Source of the DNA: Nitrososphaerales archaeon
GTDB taxonomy: Archaea; Thermoproteota; Nitrososphaeria; Nitrososphaerales; UBA213
Length of the DNA: 64,000 bases
Direction: 5' to 3'
Assembly: GCA_965197925.1 (NCBI GenBank)
Contig: CBDAOC010000020.1
Coordinates: 928,001-992,000, forward strand
How positions within the stretch are numbered: the first letter of the stretch is position 1; each line of letters opens with the position of its first letter. The notes under the pieces are model-generated. The model did no database searches. It was not told the origin of the DNA and saw only the letters and a list, made by a program, of their open reading frames with translations. This document shows, piece after piece, positions 41,411-51,605 of the stretch. A program made the position numbers and the translations under genes.

Positions 41411-42507
41411 GATCTGTTCGTTTCGATTCAGGCTACAGATTTGTCTAATTACGCAATAGGTTGTCTAATTACGCAATAGGTTGTCTAATTACGCAATAGG
41501 TCTAATATATGACGCACATACGATTACAAAGCCTTACTTTGTTTTATTCATCTCCTTCTTGAAGGAATCTCCACAGTACGAACAGCAAAATGCGTATTCT
41601 TTTCTACCTATCTTTTCTTTTCCATATGACCACCTCTATACATCTTACATCTACAATGGGCGCAGATTGTCAATTTCGGTTCGATGGCCACATGGAGCAA
41701 ATCACCAGATCTATGAGTGCAATGAAACTGCAAGTCATCTTAACTCAACTCAATTTTTCCAGCTGATTTCATTTAAACTGGTAATTCTCCAGAAATACGA
41801 ATATGTTCTACGATGTATCTGAAAATAGACTTCCAAATCGATGTATTACATGATTAGCCTAGATTATATCCTTGACCTAATTCCAAATAACTCATGTTAC
41901 TATGGAGTTAACATATTTTAAATCAGCCGAGTTAATCTCTACGAATTTTAATCCGATAGTAGCATAAGATACCATGAAGTCTGGTTCTGACGATGTCTAT
42001 GGTAATAGGTTACTGGTACATGGTAACATGTATTAAAATCATTGCGCACCTTTTTTGAGGAAGAGGATATTCCCCTGTCACTTTTTGTATTATTATTTGG
42101 TTCGAATAAACTCACTTTTCCACGTTGTAGCTTCACTAAAATGAAGCGTCTAATCCAAGACAATTCGTTAAAGCCTTCCTAGATTCTCTCTAATGTCATT
42201 AATAATCCCTAAATGACATAATATCACGGTAGTTTGACGTAATATAGTGTCACTAATGCCACTACTAACGTATTCAAAGAAATACCGTAATCTTATCCAC
42301 TAATAACGTAAACTGACCCGAATTAAGTATTGCAATGTCTGTTTCATCCAGCGGAAATGATTTGTCTGTATTTCAAATGAACATTATATATGTTGTACCT
42401 TACATTTGTAAATTGCACACTTTATCTGAACAATAGACCTATTGCGTAATTAGACAACCTATTGCGTAATTAGACAAATCTGTAGCCTGAATCGAAACGA
42501 ACAGATC
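41411..42507. repeat. 1.1-kb segment bounded by long inverted repeats (41411-41504 and 42434-42507) holding 3 and 2 copies of a 20-bp unit
   Basis: GATCTGTTCGTTTCGATTCAGGCTACAGAT(TTGTCTAATTACGCAATAGG)nTCTA on the left; exact reverse complement on the right with n=2. Confidence 0.92.
41534..42190 (-). pseudogene. Decayed TRASH/YHS-domain gene, possibly an Lrp-type HTH plus TRASH metal-responsive regulator
   Basis: Minus-strand ICAHCRCKM...(frameshift)IGRKEYAFCCSYCGDSFKK*; weak HTH-like RESRKALT...SEATTWK near 42120-42190. Confidence 0.55.
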
Positions 42508-43389
42508 TACATGCTTAAGAGAACTATTGTTATTCATATCTCATGTGATAGTTGCTGTGAAATAATAGCATGATAGAGAGTTTATCATGGGATTATCTGG
42601 GTCTGATTGTTACTATATCATTTTATTGTTACTATATCATTTTTCGATGTAGGAACTGTGTTATTGTTGTTCCTTGGTCATTTTGAGGAATTTGCAAATA
42701 TAGTGATGATATTCATTTGATTTGGGTTCTACATGGGTGATTCCCTTACGATAATATACCTATAATCATAGCTTATTCCGATTTGCTGAATATTTTTTCT
42801 TGGCAATAAGATAGTCAGAGCCAAAGATCGCTATCCAACCTACAAAATATGAAACTTGGGGTATCGCTAATTCGTACTGATTAAGAATTTATTTAATGCG
42901 CTTTTCTGATAAGTCCTGACGGCTTATCACTACCTAAATCAAATCCAATGCTAGCACAATGAGCTTGTGTTAATCAAAGGAGAGTTTGGTGCTTTCTTAA
43001 AGTTGTAGAATATTGCATTTACACTAATTTCTGGAACATTGCATCTTCCAAGATTTAAGGTCTCGATTATGGACAGTTCTATAAAAGTCCCTGGACAGTT
43101 CTATAAAAGTCCCTAAACTTGAACAGAACCATTCTAGGTCTCTATAGAGGGTTCTATACCAAGACACAATTACTTCAATTTAGATTTGCCATGAGACAAA
43201 CATATGCTGATTTGTTAGTAAGAAAAACAAAATGATCATCGTAAAGGGATGAAAATCATTTCCGAGTTGAATGTAAGTACCCATAATATACGTGAAGAGT
43301 TCTCATCTTAGGAATAGAATCTTTAACCGTTCAAGCATTCAACAACCATCTTGGAAAAGGTTAAATATTCAAATTGACTAATAATATTA

Positions 43390-44400
43390 TTGAATATTTA
43401 TAAGGTAAAATTTCTCCCAAGTTTGGGGAAAATTGCTTTTAATATAGAGGATTCAATTTCCAAGGAAAGACGAAAATTCCTAATACTTACTGCAATCTTC
43501 TTTGTGGGTATTCTGGCTCTTTTCATGACAACTTCTTGGCTCTCAATATCAACAACAAGAGATCAGTTTGGTGCTGCCCCTGTAGGTGCTTACCCAAATT
43601 ATTTTGACTTCATTCCTGAAAATCTTGTAAATATGGCGATGTACTGGCAGTCACCAAATTATATCATAGTTGATAAAGTTGAGTACATTCTTAACACTCC
43701 CCTATTGATTTACGGATCATTTGATCCCGAGTACAGCATGGTTACTGGAGCCTTTCCGGTTACCTTGGGCCAAATAATAAGCGTATTATCAATGTCAATT
43801 CTATTAGGTGTTTACACAAACCTATGGTTGCTTGCCAAGAAGAGAGGTTGTAGAATAGATACTGCAACAAAAGGAACAGGTAGTGTAGCTGGAGGTGCAG
43901 GAGGGGCAAGCGGCATATTCTCCATGCTAATACTTGCAGGTTGCTGTGGTGGAACAGGAATAAGCTTTCTGCTCTTCTCGCTACCAATTCTGGGTTCATT
44001 CTTCAGTGGCTTTTATGCCAATTTTGATACAATGACGGTTTTATTGATCTCAATACCTTCCAACCTGTTGTTAATTGGTTTGATAGCATTCATGGCCAGT
44101 AAGCAGGTTGGAGTGTCCACAGAACAAGAGATAGGAAAACTGGGAGCTAAAGCTTGGTCTAAGGTTGCTATCTATCTTGCTATACCAGTAATATTTCTTA
44201 CAACATTTGCATTGGCACTTTACTGGTGGAATTTGCAATCCATTGCAGCAATAATGTCAGGAATGACAGGAGGTCAACAGAATACAACCATAGCCCTGTA
44301 TGCTACATTACCAATATCTTCATCACTGTTTGTAATGTCAGCAGTTGTACAACTGCAAAGGATGTTCCAAAAGCCAAAAACAGTGACAATTTCAACCTAA
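43390..44400 (+). CDS. Multi-pass membrane protein with GCCGG motif, function unknown (start uncertain)
   Basis: Six to seven hydrophobic segments; Gly-rich loop followed by LAGCCGGTG. Confidence 0.7.
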   Translation: MNIYKVKFLPSLGKIAFNIEDSISKERRKFLILTAIFFVGILALFMTTSWLSISTTRDQFGAAPVGAYPNYFDFIPENLVNMAMYWQSPNYIIVDKVEYILNTPLLIYGSFDPEYSMVTGAFPVTLGQIISVLSMSILLGVYTNLWLLAKKRGCRIDTATKGTGSVAGGAGGASGIFSMLILAGCCGGTGISFLLFSLPILGSFFSGFYANFDTMTVLLISIPSNLLLIGLIAFMASKQVGVSTEQEIGKLGAKAWSKVAIYLAIPVIFLTTFALALYWWNLQSIAAIMSGMTGGQQNTTIALYATLPISSSLFVMSAVVQLQRMFQKPKTVTIST

Positions 44401-44896
44401 GCTTTTAGGATTAATGAAACACAATAAGGCAAGTCATGAATTTTAGTTCTAAAAAAAGTTTTTTTGAAATCCATAACGGTCATTTATTCTGTTACACTAG
44501 GCCCTTGATTACCATTTATTGATGGTTGGTTGACGTTGCAAAATGTAAGTCTAATATTGATGATTACAACAATACATAGAATCTTTCCTGAAGTTATTAT
44601 TGGATTATTGCTAGTAACCTATTGGAACAGCAAGAGTGCAAAGTTCAGCAAACTAAATTTGACCGATATTTTTACAGATGCTAAAGATTTCATGAATTAA
44701 CATATCATGAATAAAGTGCTTGTCAGAAAGAGTATACGAGGGGAGACATCAATATTTCAAATAGAGAAAATGGTTCACTCCGTATGTATGCGCCGTCTTG
44801 CACGTTGTTGTTTGGAAATGATGGTGACAGATAATTACCAGAAATTGAATTGAAAAATTTATTTATATATTCAAACAACATGAACATTGGTCACAA

Positions 44897-46558
44897 ATGT
44901 CTTCTATTCGTTTACCAACTAATGTTATACCTAATTTCCTTCTAGAGGAAGGAAGCGAGGAGAAGAAGGGTAAGGAGGCTAACATAAACAACTTCACTGC
45001 CACCAAACTTATTGGCCAGATTGTAAAGTCTGCATTAGGTCCAAGGGCGATGGATAAAATGCTTGTTGATTCATTCCATGAGATTACCGTTACAAGCGAT
45101 GGATTAACAATTCTAAATGAGATAGATATAGCGCATCCTATTGGGAAGCTGATGATTGAGATTGCAAAAGGTGTTGATAGGACAGTAGGAGATGGTACGG
45201 TTTCAGTAGTTCTTCTCGTGGGAGCACTCATCGAGAAGGCAGAGGAATTGATCAACATGGGAATCCATCCTACTATAATTGTGGACGGCTTCTTCAAGGC
45301 ATCATTAAGATCCATTGAGATTTTGGACGAAATTGCTGTACATATTGCTCCAGACGAAAAGAATGCTCTTATCAAGGTTGCAGATACTAGCATTCAATCT
45401 AAACTTACATCGGAATACGCTAAGAATCTTCCTCGGATCATTGTTGATGCTGTATTACATATATCCGAAAAGATGGGAAATAACTATAGGGTAAATGTTA
45501 GCAATGTCAAGCTCCAGAAAGAACATGGAGGTTCTATCGAGGATACTCAACTTATCCGAGGAATTATGTTGAACAATGAAGTCGCTCATGAATTCATGCC
45601 AAAAAGGATTGAGAATGCAAAGATAGCGTTATTGAATTTTGTATTGGAGTTGAGCCAGAATCAAGCAAAATTCACTTATAGATACAATATAGAAAATCCG
45701 GAAAAGATGGAGAGGTTCTTCAAGGAAGAAGATGAAATGGAGAAGGCCATGGTAGACAAAATAGTCCAAGCAGGAGCTAATGTGGTAGTCTGTCAGAAAG
45801 GAATGTCTGATCTTATACGTGATTACCTTGCAGAGAAAGGGATACTTGCATTGAGAAGAGTTACGGATCCAGATATGATCAGAGTGTCCAAGGCCACTGG
45901 TGGAAATATTATAACAGATCTCAGGGATCTGACAGATATGGATTTGGGTAGGGCTGGTCTAGTGGAAGAACGGCAAATTGGTTTTGCTAGACCAGTTTTC
46001 ATTGATGATTGTAACAATCCTAAATCGTTAACAATATTGGTGAGGGGTGGTTCGGAACGCGTTGTGGAGGAAGGTGAACGTTCTGTACGTGACGCGTTGA
46101 TGGTTGTGAAGGATGTAATGGAGAAACCTTCAATACTAGCTGGTGGGGGCGCATCAGAGGCCTATGTTGCAAATAAATTAAAAAAATGGGCACTAGAACT
46201 TTCAGGAAGAGAACAGTTGGCTGTTCAGAAGTTTGCGGCGGCTTTGGAAATAATCCCTCAAGTGTTGGCAGAAAATGCTGGCATGAATCAAATAGATACG
46301 ATGAATGAACTGAGAGCCAAGCAGAGCCGAGAAAAGTGGATAGGGATAGATGGGAGAGGTAGAAGGATCACAAATATGATGAAAATGGGGGTAATAGAAC
46401 CGGTTGTAGTAAAGCAACAGATCATTGATTCCGCGACGGAAGCTAGTGCCTTGATTTTGCGAATTGATGAGGTCTTTTCAAAACCAAAGAACAAGGATCA
46501 GGCAAAAAGGATGAAGGGCCTTGATATTGATGAGAAGGGTATTGAAGGAGATAAATAG
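44897..46558 (+). CDS. ths: Group II chaperonin (thermosome) subunit, divergent paralog
   Basis: LGPRAMDKML, HPIGK, VGDGTVS, GIHPTII, GGGASE, ILRIDE. Confidence 0.93.
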   Translation: MSSIRLPTNVIPNFLLEEGSEEKKGKEANINNFTATKLIGQIVKSALGPRAMDKMLVDSFHEITVTSDGLTILNEIDIAHPIGKLMIEIAKGVDRTVGDGTVSVVLLVGALIEKAEELINMGIHPTIIVDGFFKASLRSIEILDEIAVHIAPDEKNALIKVADTSIQSKLTSEYAKNLPRIIVDAVLHISEKMGNNYRVNVSNVKLQKEHGGSIEDTQLIRGIMLNNEVAHEFMPKRIENAKIALLNFVLELSQNQAKFTYRYNIENPEKMERFFKEEDEMEKAMVDKIVQAGANVVVCQKGMSDLIRDYLAEKGILALRRVTDPDMIRVSKATGGNIITDLRDLTDMDLGRAGLVEERQIGFARPVFIDDCNNPKSLTILVRGGSERVVEEGERSVRDALMVVKDVMEKPSILAGGGASEAYVANKLKKWALELSGREQLAVQKFAAALEIIPQVLAENAGMNQIDTMNELRAKQSREKWIGIDGRGRRITNMMKMGVIEPVVVKQQIIDSATEASALILRIDEVFSKPKNKDQAKRMKGLDIDEKGIEGDK

Positions 46559-46722
46559 GGAAAGTTTGATTTTGAATGTTCCAAACAACTTTGATGAAGT
46601 AATTCAACTCTCACAAAAATTCTCACAAATTATGGTGAAAGTTCAAGAAATTTAGAATAGTTATAGATCCTCTTTGTAAAAGCAAAGTATTATTAACCCC
46701 TTAAGCGTCTTTAATCTTTACA

Positions 46723-48093
46723 ATGAGCGATGCTGGTAGTCAGAAAGTAAATAGAAGAGGATTTATAAAATGGGCAATTGCCGCTGGAGTCGGAGCAGCC
46801 GCTGTAGCTGGAGGAGTAGGAGCTTATTTCAGTACTCAGAAACAACCCGCACCCGGTCCTGCACCAACTGCACCCGGTCCTGCACCAACTGGTCCATCAC
46901 CAACAGTAACACCCCCACCCGCAACCGCACCAAAAGGAGGTGGAAGATGGGGAAACATTGGTTCTGCGATCAATTTGACAGTTGGGTATCAACCATACTG
47001 TTCGTGCAACTGGGATGCATCATCAAATAGGCAGGCACAACTATGGAAGAAGTATCTTCCATCGGGTAGTAAAGTGGATTGGTTTGAAGCGTTATCTGGG
47101 CCACTCTTGAACAATAATCTTGTTGCTGGAAAGAATGCTTTCATATACGCATGTGATACACCTGCGTCTAGAACATTCGAAACTGCACCTGCGACTTGTA
47201 TAACATATCAATGCTATGAATACGCTGATGGAAAATACTTGTCAGATGTGTTAGGACGAAAGCCGAGTACAGGGGTAGGCGGTAGAAAAAGGATGAGTGC
47301 TGATGGTTCAAGGGAAGTACCAAAGACATTCATGAGTCCTTTGCTTGGAAGAACTGATCTGGTAAAGTCTGGTGAGATTAAAGGTCCTGAAGATTTTGAT
47401 GGAAGGAAGATTGGAGTACCAATGGGTTCGTATTCACATAGGCAGGGAGAAATCATCAGAGACACATGGGGAGTAAATCCAGTTTATCTTGACCAGTCAA
47501 TAGAGTTGCACGTAGCTCAGCTTAGGGCAAAGCACATAGATGGCGTGCTGACTTGGGGTCCGTATCCAAGGTGGATCGAGCTGCAAGGTTTAGCAGAAAT
47601 ATTGGTAGGATCACCAGAAATGCCTTGTAGTTGTACCACAGGAACACATTTCCATCATGCGGGTGTCGTATGTGGACTAGAAGAAATTGTAGAACAGAGA
47701 CCTGATGTAATAAAGGCTTGGGTTTCTGCAGAAGAAGACGCTAGAGCAATTAGGGCTGCTGATTATGCCAATGGCACAAATAAGACGGGAGACCTGGTTG
47801 CAAGTGATACACCGGAGGTACCTCGTGAAGCCATAGATATAACAATAGAAGAGTTTGCGCCTGATGCCTACATGTATTATCCAAAGAATTTGCAGCATTA
47901 CAAAGAGATGTGTGATCACTGGAGAAAAGTAGGAGTCCTAAAGGGTAAGAAGAGTGAGGATATGGACTTTTACGTAAATAACTATGCCTTTGGGCCACGT
48001 GTGAAAGTGATCTATGATGAGGTCTTGGAAGAGAGAGAAAAGGCAGGTCTTCATCACAGCGGTGACGGCGAAATAGTAAACAAGTACTGGTAA
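46723..48093 (+). CDS. Tat-exported ABC substrate-binding protein (nitrate/sulfonate/NMT1-like class), Cys/His-rich
   Basis: NRRGFIK twin-arginine signal, Pro/Thr linker, GRKIGVPMGSYSH, IDGVLTWGPY, RPDVIKAW; followed by cognate permeases and ATPases. Confidence 0.85.
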   Translation: MSDAGSQKVNRRGFIKWAIAAGVGAAAVAGGVGAYFSTQKQPAPGPAPTAPGPAPTGPSPTVTPPPATAPKGGGRWGNIGSAINLTVGYQPYCSCNWDASSNRQAQLWKKYLPSGSKVDWFEALSGPLLNNNLVAGKNAFIYACDTPASRTFETAPATCITYQCYEYADGKYLSDVLGRKPSTGVGGRKRMSADGSREVPKTFMSPLLGRTDLVKSGEIKGPEDFDGRKIGVPMGSYSHRQGEIIRDTWGVNPVYLDQSIELHVAQLRAKHIDGVLTWGPYPRWIELQGLAEILVGSPEMPCSCTTGTHFHHAGVVCGLEEIVEQRPDVIKAWVSAEEDARAIRAADYANGTNKTGDLVASDTPEVPREAIDITIEEFAPDAYMYYPKNLQHYKEMCDHWRKVGVLKGKKSEDMDFYVNNYAFGPRVKVIYDEVLEEREKAGLHHSGDGEIVNKYW

Positions 48094-48120
48094 AAAGAAA
48101 AATAACATTTTTTTTTATTT

Positions 48121-48339
48121 TATACTTTGACTAGAGGATTTTATTTTTTATTTATACATTGACTTGAAATCTTATTTCGTTTTCTATACTTTGACTAGAA
48201 GATATTATATTTCCCAAATTACAATTTCATGTTACAATTTCATGTTTTTTATTCGTCTCTCATTAGTGGAAGGTATTCTTTTTATACTTTAATTATCCTA
48301 AGGATGGAAGGAGAATCAAGATAGCTTTGACTAGTCAAA
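48121..48339. promoter_or_regulatory. Three 32-bp-phased TATAC(T/A)TTGACT(A/T)GA boxes plus palindrome TTTGACTAGTCAAA over the permease start
   Basis: Boxes start at 48121, 48153 and 48185; perfect 14-bp palindrome at 48326-48339. Confidence 0.5.
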
Positions 48340-49169
48340 AACAGAAGGACGCAATGCCAGCAGGACTTCCCGCAGAAGTTGTGAACAAACTAAAGCAAGA
48401 TTTAGTTCAAGAAAAAACAGATAAGAGTAAATCTTCTGTTACGATGGTGATTTCTATCTTGGCCGCAACTCTGGGGTGGTGGATTGCTTCTAATACTATT
48501 GTTCCAAATCTTCCTAATCCTGGAGAATTTATAGAAGCGTCGATTGTGGCGGTGCAAGATCCATGGTTTTACAAAAGTATTGGTTATAGTGTTGCTAGAG
48601 TTTATGGAGGATTTTCATTAGGATGTTTGGTTGGGATCCCTATGGGGCTTATCATGGGGTGGAATAGGACTGCGAATGATTTCATGTTCCCAACATTTGA
48701 GTTGATAAGGCCAATCCCTCCCGTTGCTTGGGTGCCTTTATCAATAATAATAACTGGAGCAATAACTCCAGCCATAATATTCATTACATTCATCGGTACA
48801 TGGTATGTGGTTACCCTAAATTCTGTACTCGGAGCGGAGAGCATTGATCCAAATGTTTTAAGAGCGGCAAGGTGCTTGGGAGCAAATAATAGAAAAATAT
48901 TCTTTAAGGTGGTACTTCCGGCATCTACACCTGCAATCTTTACAGGAATGGTGCTTGGTATGGCTATGTCATGGATCACTGTTGTTGCCGGAGAGATGAT
49001 AGCAGGTGATTACGGAGTGGGGTATTATGCGTGGCAGTCTTATAATTTGATCAGGTATCCAGAAGTGATCTTAGCAATGTTAACTATAGGTGGGCTAGGC
49101 TATTTGTCGAGCATGATGATAAGGAAGGTAAGTCAAAGATATTTGAAATGGAGGGCGCAATATGCCTGA
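48327..49169 (+). CDS. ABC permease 1 (SsuC/TauC/NrtB class)
   Basis: RPIPPVAWVPL, EAA-like RAARCLGA, VAGEMI. Confidence 0.92.
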   Translation: MTSQKQKDAMPAGLPAEVVNKLKQDLVQEKTDKSKSSVTMVISILAATLGWWIASNTIVPNLPNPGEFIEASIVAVQDPWFYKSIGYSVARVYGGFSLGCLVGIPMGLIMGWNRTANDFMFPTFELIRPIPPVAWVPLSIIITGAITPAIIFITFIGTWYVVTLNSVLGAESIDPNVLRAARCLGANNRKIFFKVVLPASTPAIFTGMVLGMAMSWITVVAGEMIAGDYGVGYYAWQSYNLIRYPEVILAMLTIGGLGYLSSMMIRKVSQRYLKWRAQYA

Positions 49170-50016
49170 AACTGAAAGTTTAGCAGGAGGAAGAAAGGGG
49201 CATCTCGTATGTAAAAATGTGACGAAGATATACGATCCCCTTGGAGTGAACGTTCTTGCCGTAGACCATTGTGACTTGGAGCTAAAACCAGGTGAATTTC
49301 TTGCCATTGTTGGACCTTCTGGTTGTGGAAAAACCACATTACTAAATATGATTTCTGGCTTTGATACGGTAACCGAGGGGGAGATAACACTTGATGGAGA
49401 AGTGATTGGATCTCCACAGATTAAGAAACTAAAACCAGGACCAGACAGAGTAGTGGTCTTCCAGGCAGGTGGTCTTTTCCCTTGGATGACCATAGTTCAG
49501 AATCTTATGTTTGGACCAACAGTACAGGGGATGTTGAATAAAAAGGAAGCGCATAAAAAGTCGATGGATTTACTCACACTTGTTGGTATGCAAAACTTTG
49601 CAGACTATTATCCTTTAAGGGTATCATCCGGTATGCAGAGAAGAACGGAAGTAATTAGGGCTCTTATGACGGATCCGAAGATCGTTTTACTTGATGAGCC
49701 CTTCAGGGCTATGGATACGCTTACCAAATCAATTGTGCATGAGCATGTCCTAAAAATCTTCAGGATGACCAAGAAACCATTTTTCTTCATCACCCATGAT
49801 TTGGATGAAGCAATCTTCTTATCAGACAGAGTTTTCATCATGACTACTCGTCCAGGAAGGCTCAAGGATAGTATAGAGGTTAATCTACCAAGGCCTCGTA
49901 CTCTTGATATGATGGCAAGTGATGAATTCTTGGAGTTAAAGAAAAAAGTTTTTGTTCTTGTTCATGAGGAAGCTCAAAAGGCGTTCATACGTGGAGAACG
50001 GGAGATGGCTACCTAG
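49162..50016 (+). CDS. ABC ATPase 1 (SsuB/TauB class), signature VSSGM
   Basis: GPSGCGKTT, VVFQ, VSSGMQRR, LLDEPF, ITHD. Confidence 0.93.
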   Translation: MPETESLAGGRKGHLVCKNVTKIYDPLGVNVLAVDHCDLELKPGEFLAIVGPSGCGKTTLLNMISGFDTVTEGEITLDGEVIGSPQIKKLKPGPDRVVVFQAGGLFPWMTIVQNLMFGPTVQGMLNKKEAHKKSMDLLTLVGMQNFADYYPLRVSSGMQRRTEVIRALMTDPKIVLLDEPFRAMDTLTKSIVHEHVLKIFRMTKKPFFFITHDLDEAIFLSDRVFIMTTRPGRLKDSIEVNLPRPRTLDMMASDEFLELKKKVFVLVHEEAQKAFIRGEREMAT

Positions 50017-50832
50017 ATGACAGAGGCTCCGAAAAGATCCGCAATGTCCAAAAAAATGGAGAGATTCAGAAAATCACTATTTTCAGTACAAACTGCAAAG
50101 AGATTGTCTGGTATAGCAATATTTGTAATTGTATGGGAACTAGCTGTTCAGCTAAACGTACCGGGTATTTCAAATGTATCAAAGCCTTCAGATGTTATTA
50201 TTGAATTTTTACAATTTTTCTACCATGAAGAGTATTATTTGAGTGTACTTGGAAGCATGAGAAGAGTAGCCTCAGGTTACATAATAGCCGCTGGTGTAGG
50301 TGTTCCTATTGGCCTATTAATGGGTATGAAAATAGGTTTTAAGAATTGGACATTCCCCACGTTCGAGGTCTTGAGACCAGTACCTCCAATAGCTTGGATT
50401 CCATTAGCAGTAATAATGTTCCCTACAGTAGAGTCGAGTGTTATCTTTCTAATTTTCATAGGCGCATTCTTCCCTATAGTCATCAATAGTATGTTGGGTG
50501 TACTTACACTTCCAGAACACGTGAAGAGAGCAGCGCTTTCTCTGGGTGCTAGTGGTAAAGACCTTTTCAGGTCTGTTATACTACCTGGTTCGATGCCTTC
50601 GATTGTTACAGGTATGACGATAGGAATGGGTCTAACATGGGACATGGTTGTTGCTGCAGAGATGGTAGCAGGTGGACACGGTTTGGGTTACAATCTTTGG
50701 TACTCTTATATTCTTCTTCAATATGATAGAGTTATCTTGTACATGGTATCAGTAGGAGCAGCAGGTTATTTGTTCAGTGCAATAATACGAAGAGCTGGTC
50801 ACAAGTACTTGAAATGGAGGTTGACATTCTAA
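50017..50832 (+). CDS. ABC permease 2 (SsuC/TauC/NrtB class)
   Basis: RPVPPIAWIPL, RAALSLGA, VAAEMV. Confidence 0.92.
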   Translation: MTEAPKRSAMSKKMERFRKSLFSVQTAKRLSGIAIFVIVWELAVQLNVPGISNVSKPSDVIIEFLQFFYHEEYYLSVLGSMRRVASGYIIAAGVGVPIGLLMGMKIGFKNWTFPTFEVLRPVPPIAWIPLAVIMFPTVESSVIFLIFIGAFFPIVINSMLGVLTLPEHVKRAALSLGASGKDLFRSVILPGSMPSIVTGMTIGMGLTWDMVVAAEMVAGGHGLGYNLWYSYILLQYDRVILYMVSVGAAGYLFSAIIRRAGHKYLKWRLTF

Positions 50833-51605
50833 TGTCTACGAAACAGCACTATAGCGAAGTAACAATGAGGGGAGTTTACAAGGTATACAAGAATTTGGAA
50901 GTTCTAAGAGACGTTTCATTCGATATACCTCGTGGAAAGTTTACGTGTATGGTGGGACCGTCAGGATCAGGAAAGTCTACCATAGTGAACATTTTGGCTG
51001 GTTACCTCCAACCTGACGGTGGCTCGACGCTGTTAGATGGCAAGCCTCCAGGGCCACCTGGTGCTGAAAGAATTGTAGTATTCCAGGAGACAGCCCTCCT
51101 TCCATGGAGGACACTGATGGAGAATACACTTTTTGGTCCAACACTCCAGGGGTTAGACAAAGTGGAGTCACGAAAGAAAGCACAGGCGTTGATAGACAAG
51201 TCTGCCCTTACAGGATTTGAAAACAAGTATCCAGGTCAGCTCTCTGGTGGGATGCAGCGTAGGGCTGAATTGATTCGTGCTCTTATCAATGAACCGCAGA
51301 TCATGTTTATGGATGAGCCCCTCAGAGGTTTGGATGCTATGACGAGGGAGATAATGCAGGAGTATATTATAAAGATGTACGAGGAGTCGGGAATGACGGT
51401 ATTGTTTATTACCTCAGAGTTGGATGAAGCAATTTACCTTGGAGACACTGTATATTTTCTTACAAAGCCTCCCGGCCATGTAAAGTATAAAATGGATATA
51501 GATCTACCAAGGCCTAGGAAAAATGATGTCTTGATATCCAAGAAATTCTTTGAATACAAGGCAGAGGCTATCAAGATAGCTTTGGAAGAGAGAGAAAACA
51601 TTTAA
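50832..51605 (+). CDS. ABC ATPase 2 (SsuB/TauB class), H-loop His replaced (ITSE)
   Basis: GPSGSGKST, LSGGMQRR, FMDEPL, ITSELDEA; ATG overlaps the upstream TAA. Confidence 0.93.
   Translation: MSTKQHYSEVTMRGVYKVYKNLEVLRDVSFDIPRGKFTCMVGPSGSGKSTIVNILAGYLQPDGGSTLLDGKPPGPPGAERIVVFQETALLPWRTLMENTLFGPTLQGLDKVESRKKAQALIDKSALTGFENKYPGQLSGGMQRRAELIRALINEPQIMFMDEPLRGLDAMTREIMQEYIIKMYEESGMTVLFITSELDEAIYLGDTVYFLTKPPGHVKYKMDIDLPRPRKNDVLISKKFFEYKAEAIKIALEERENI

Noticed and set aside
41441..41500. CRISPR-like 20-bp repeats
   Set aside because: No spacers; the units are part of an inverted-repeat arm.
46845..46895. 21-bp tandem repeat inside the SBP gene
   Set aside because: Encodes an ordinary Pro/Ala/Thr linker (APGPAPT twice).
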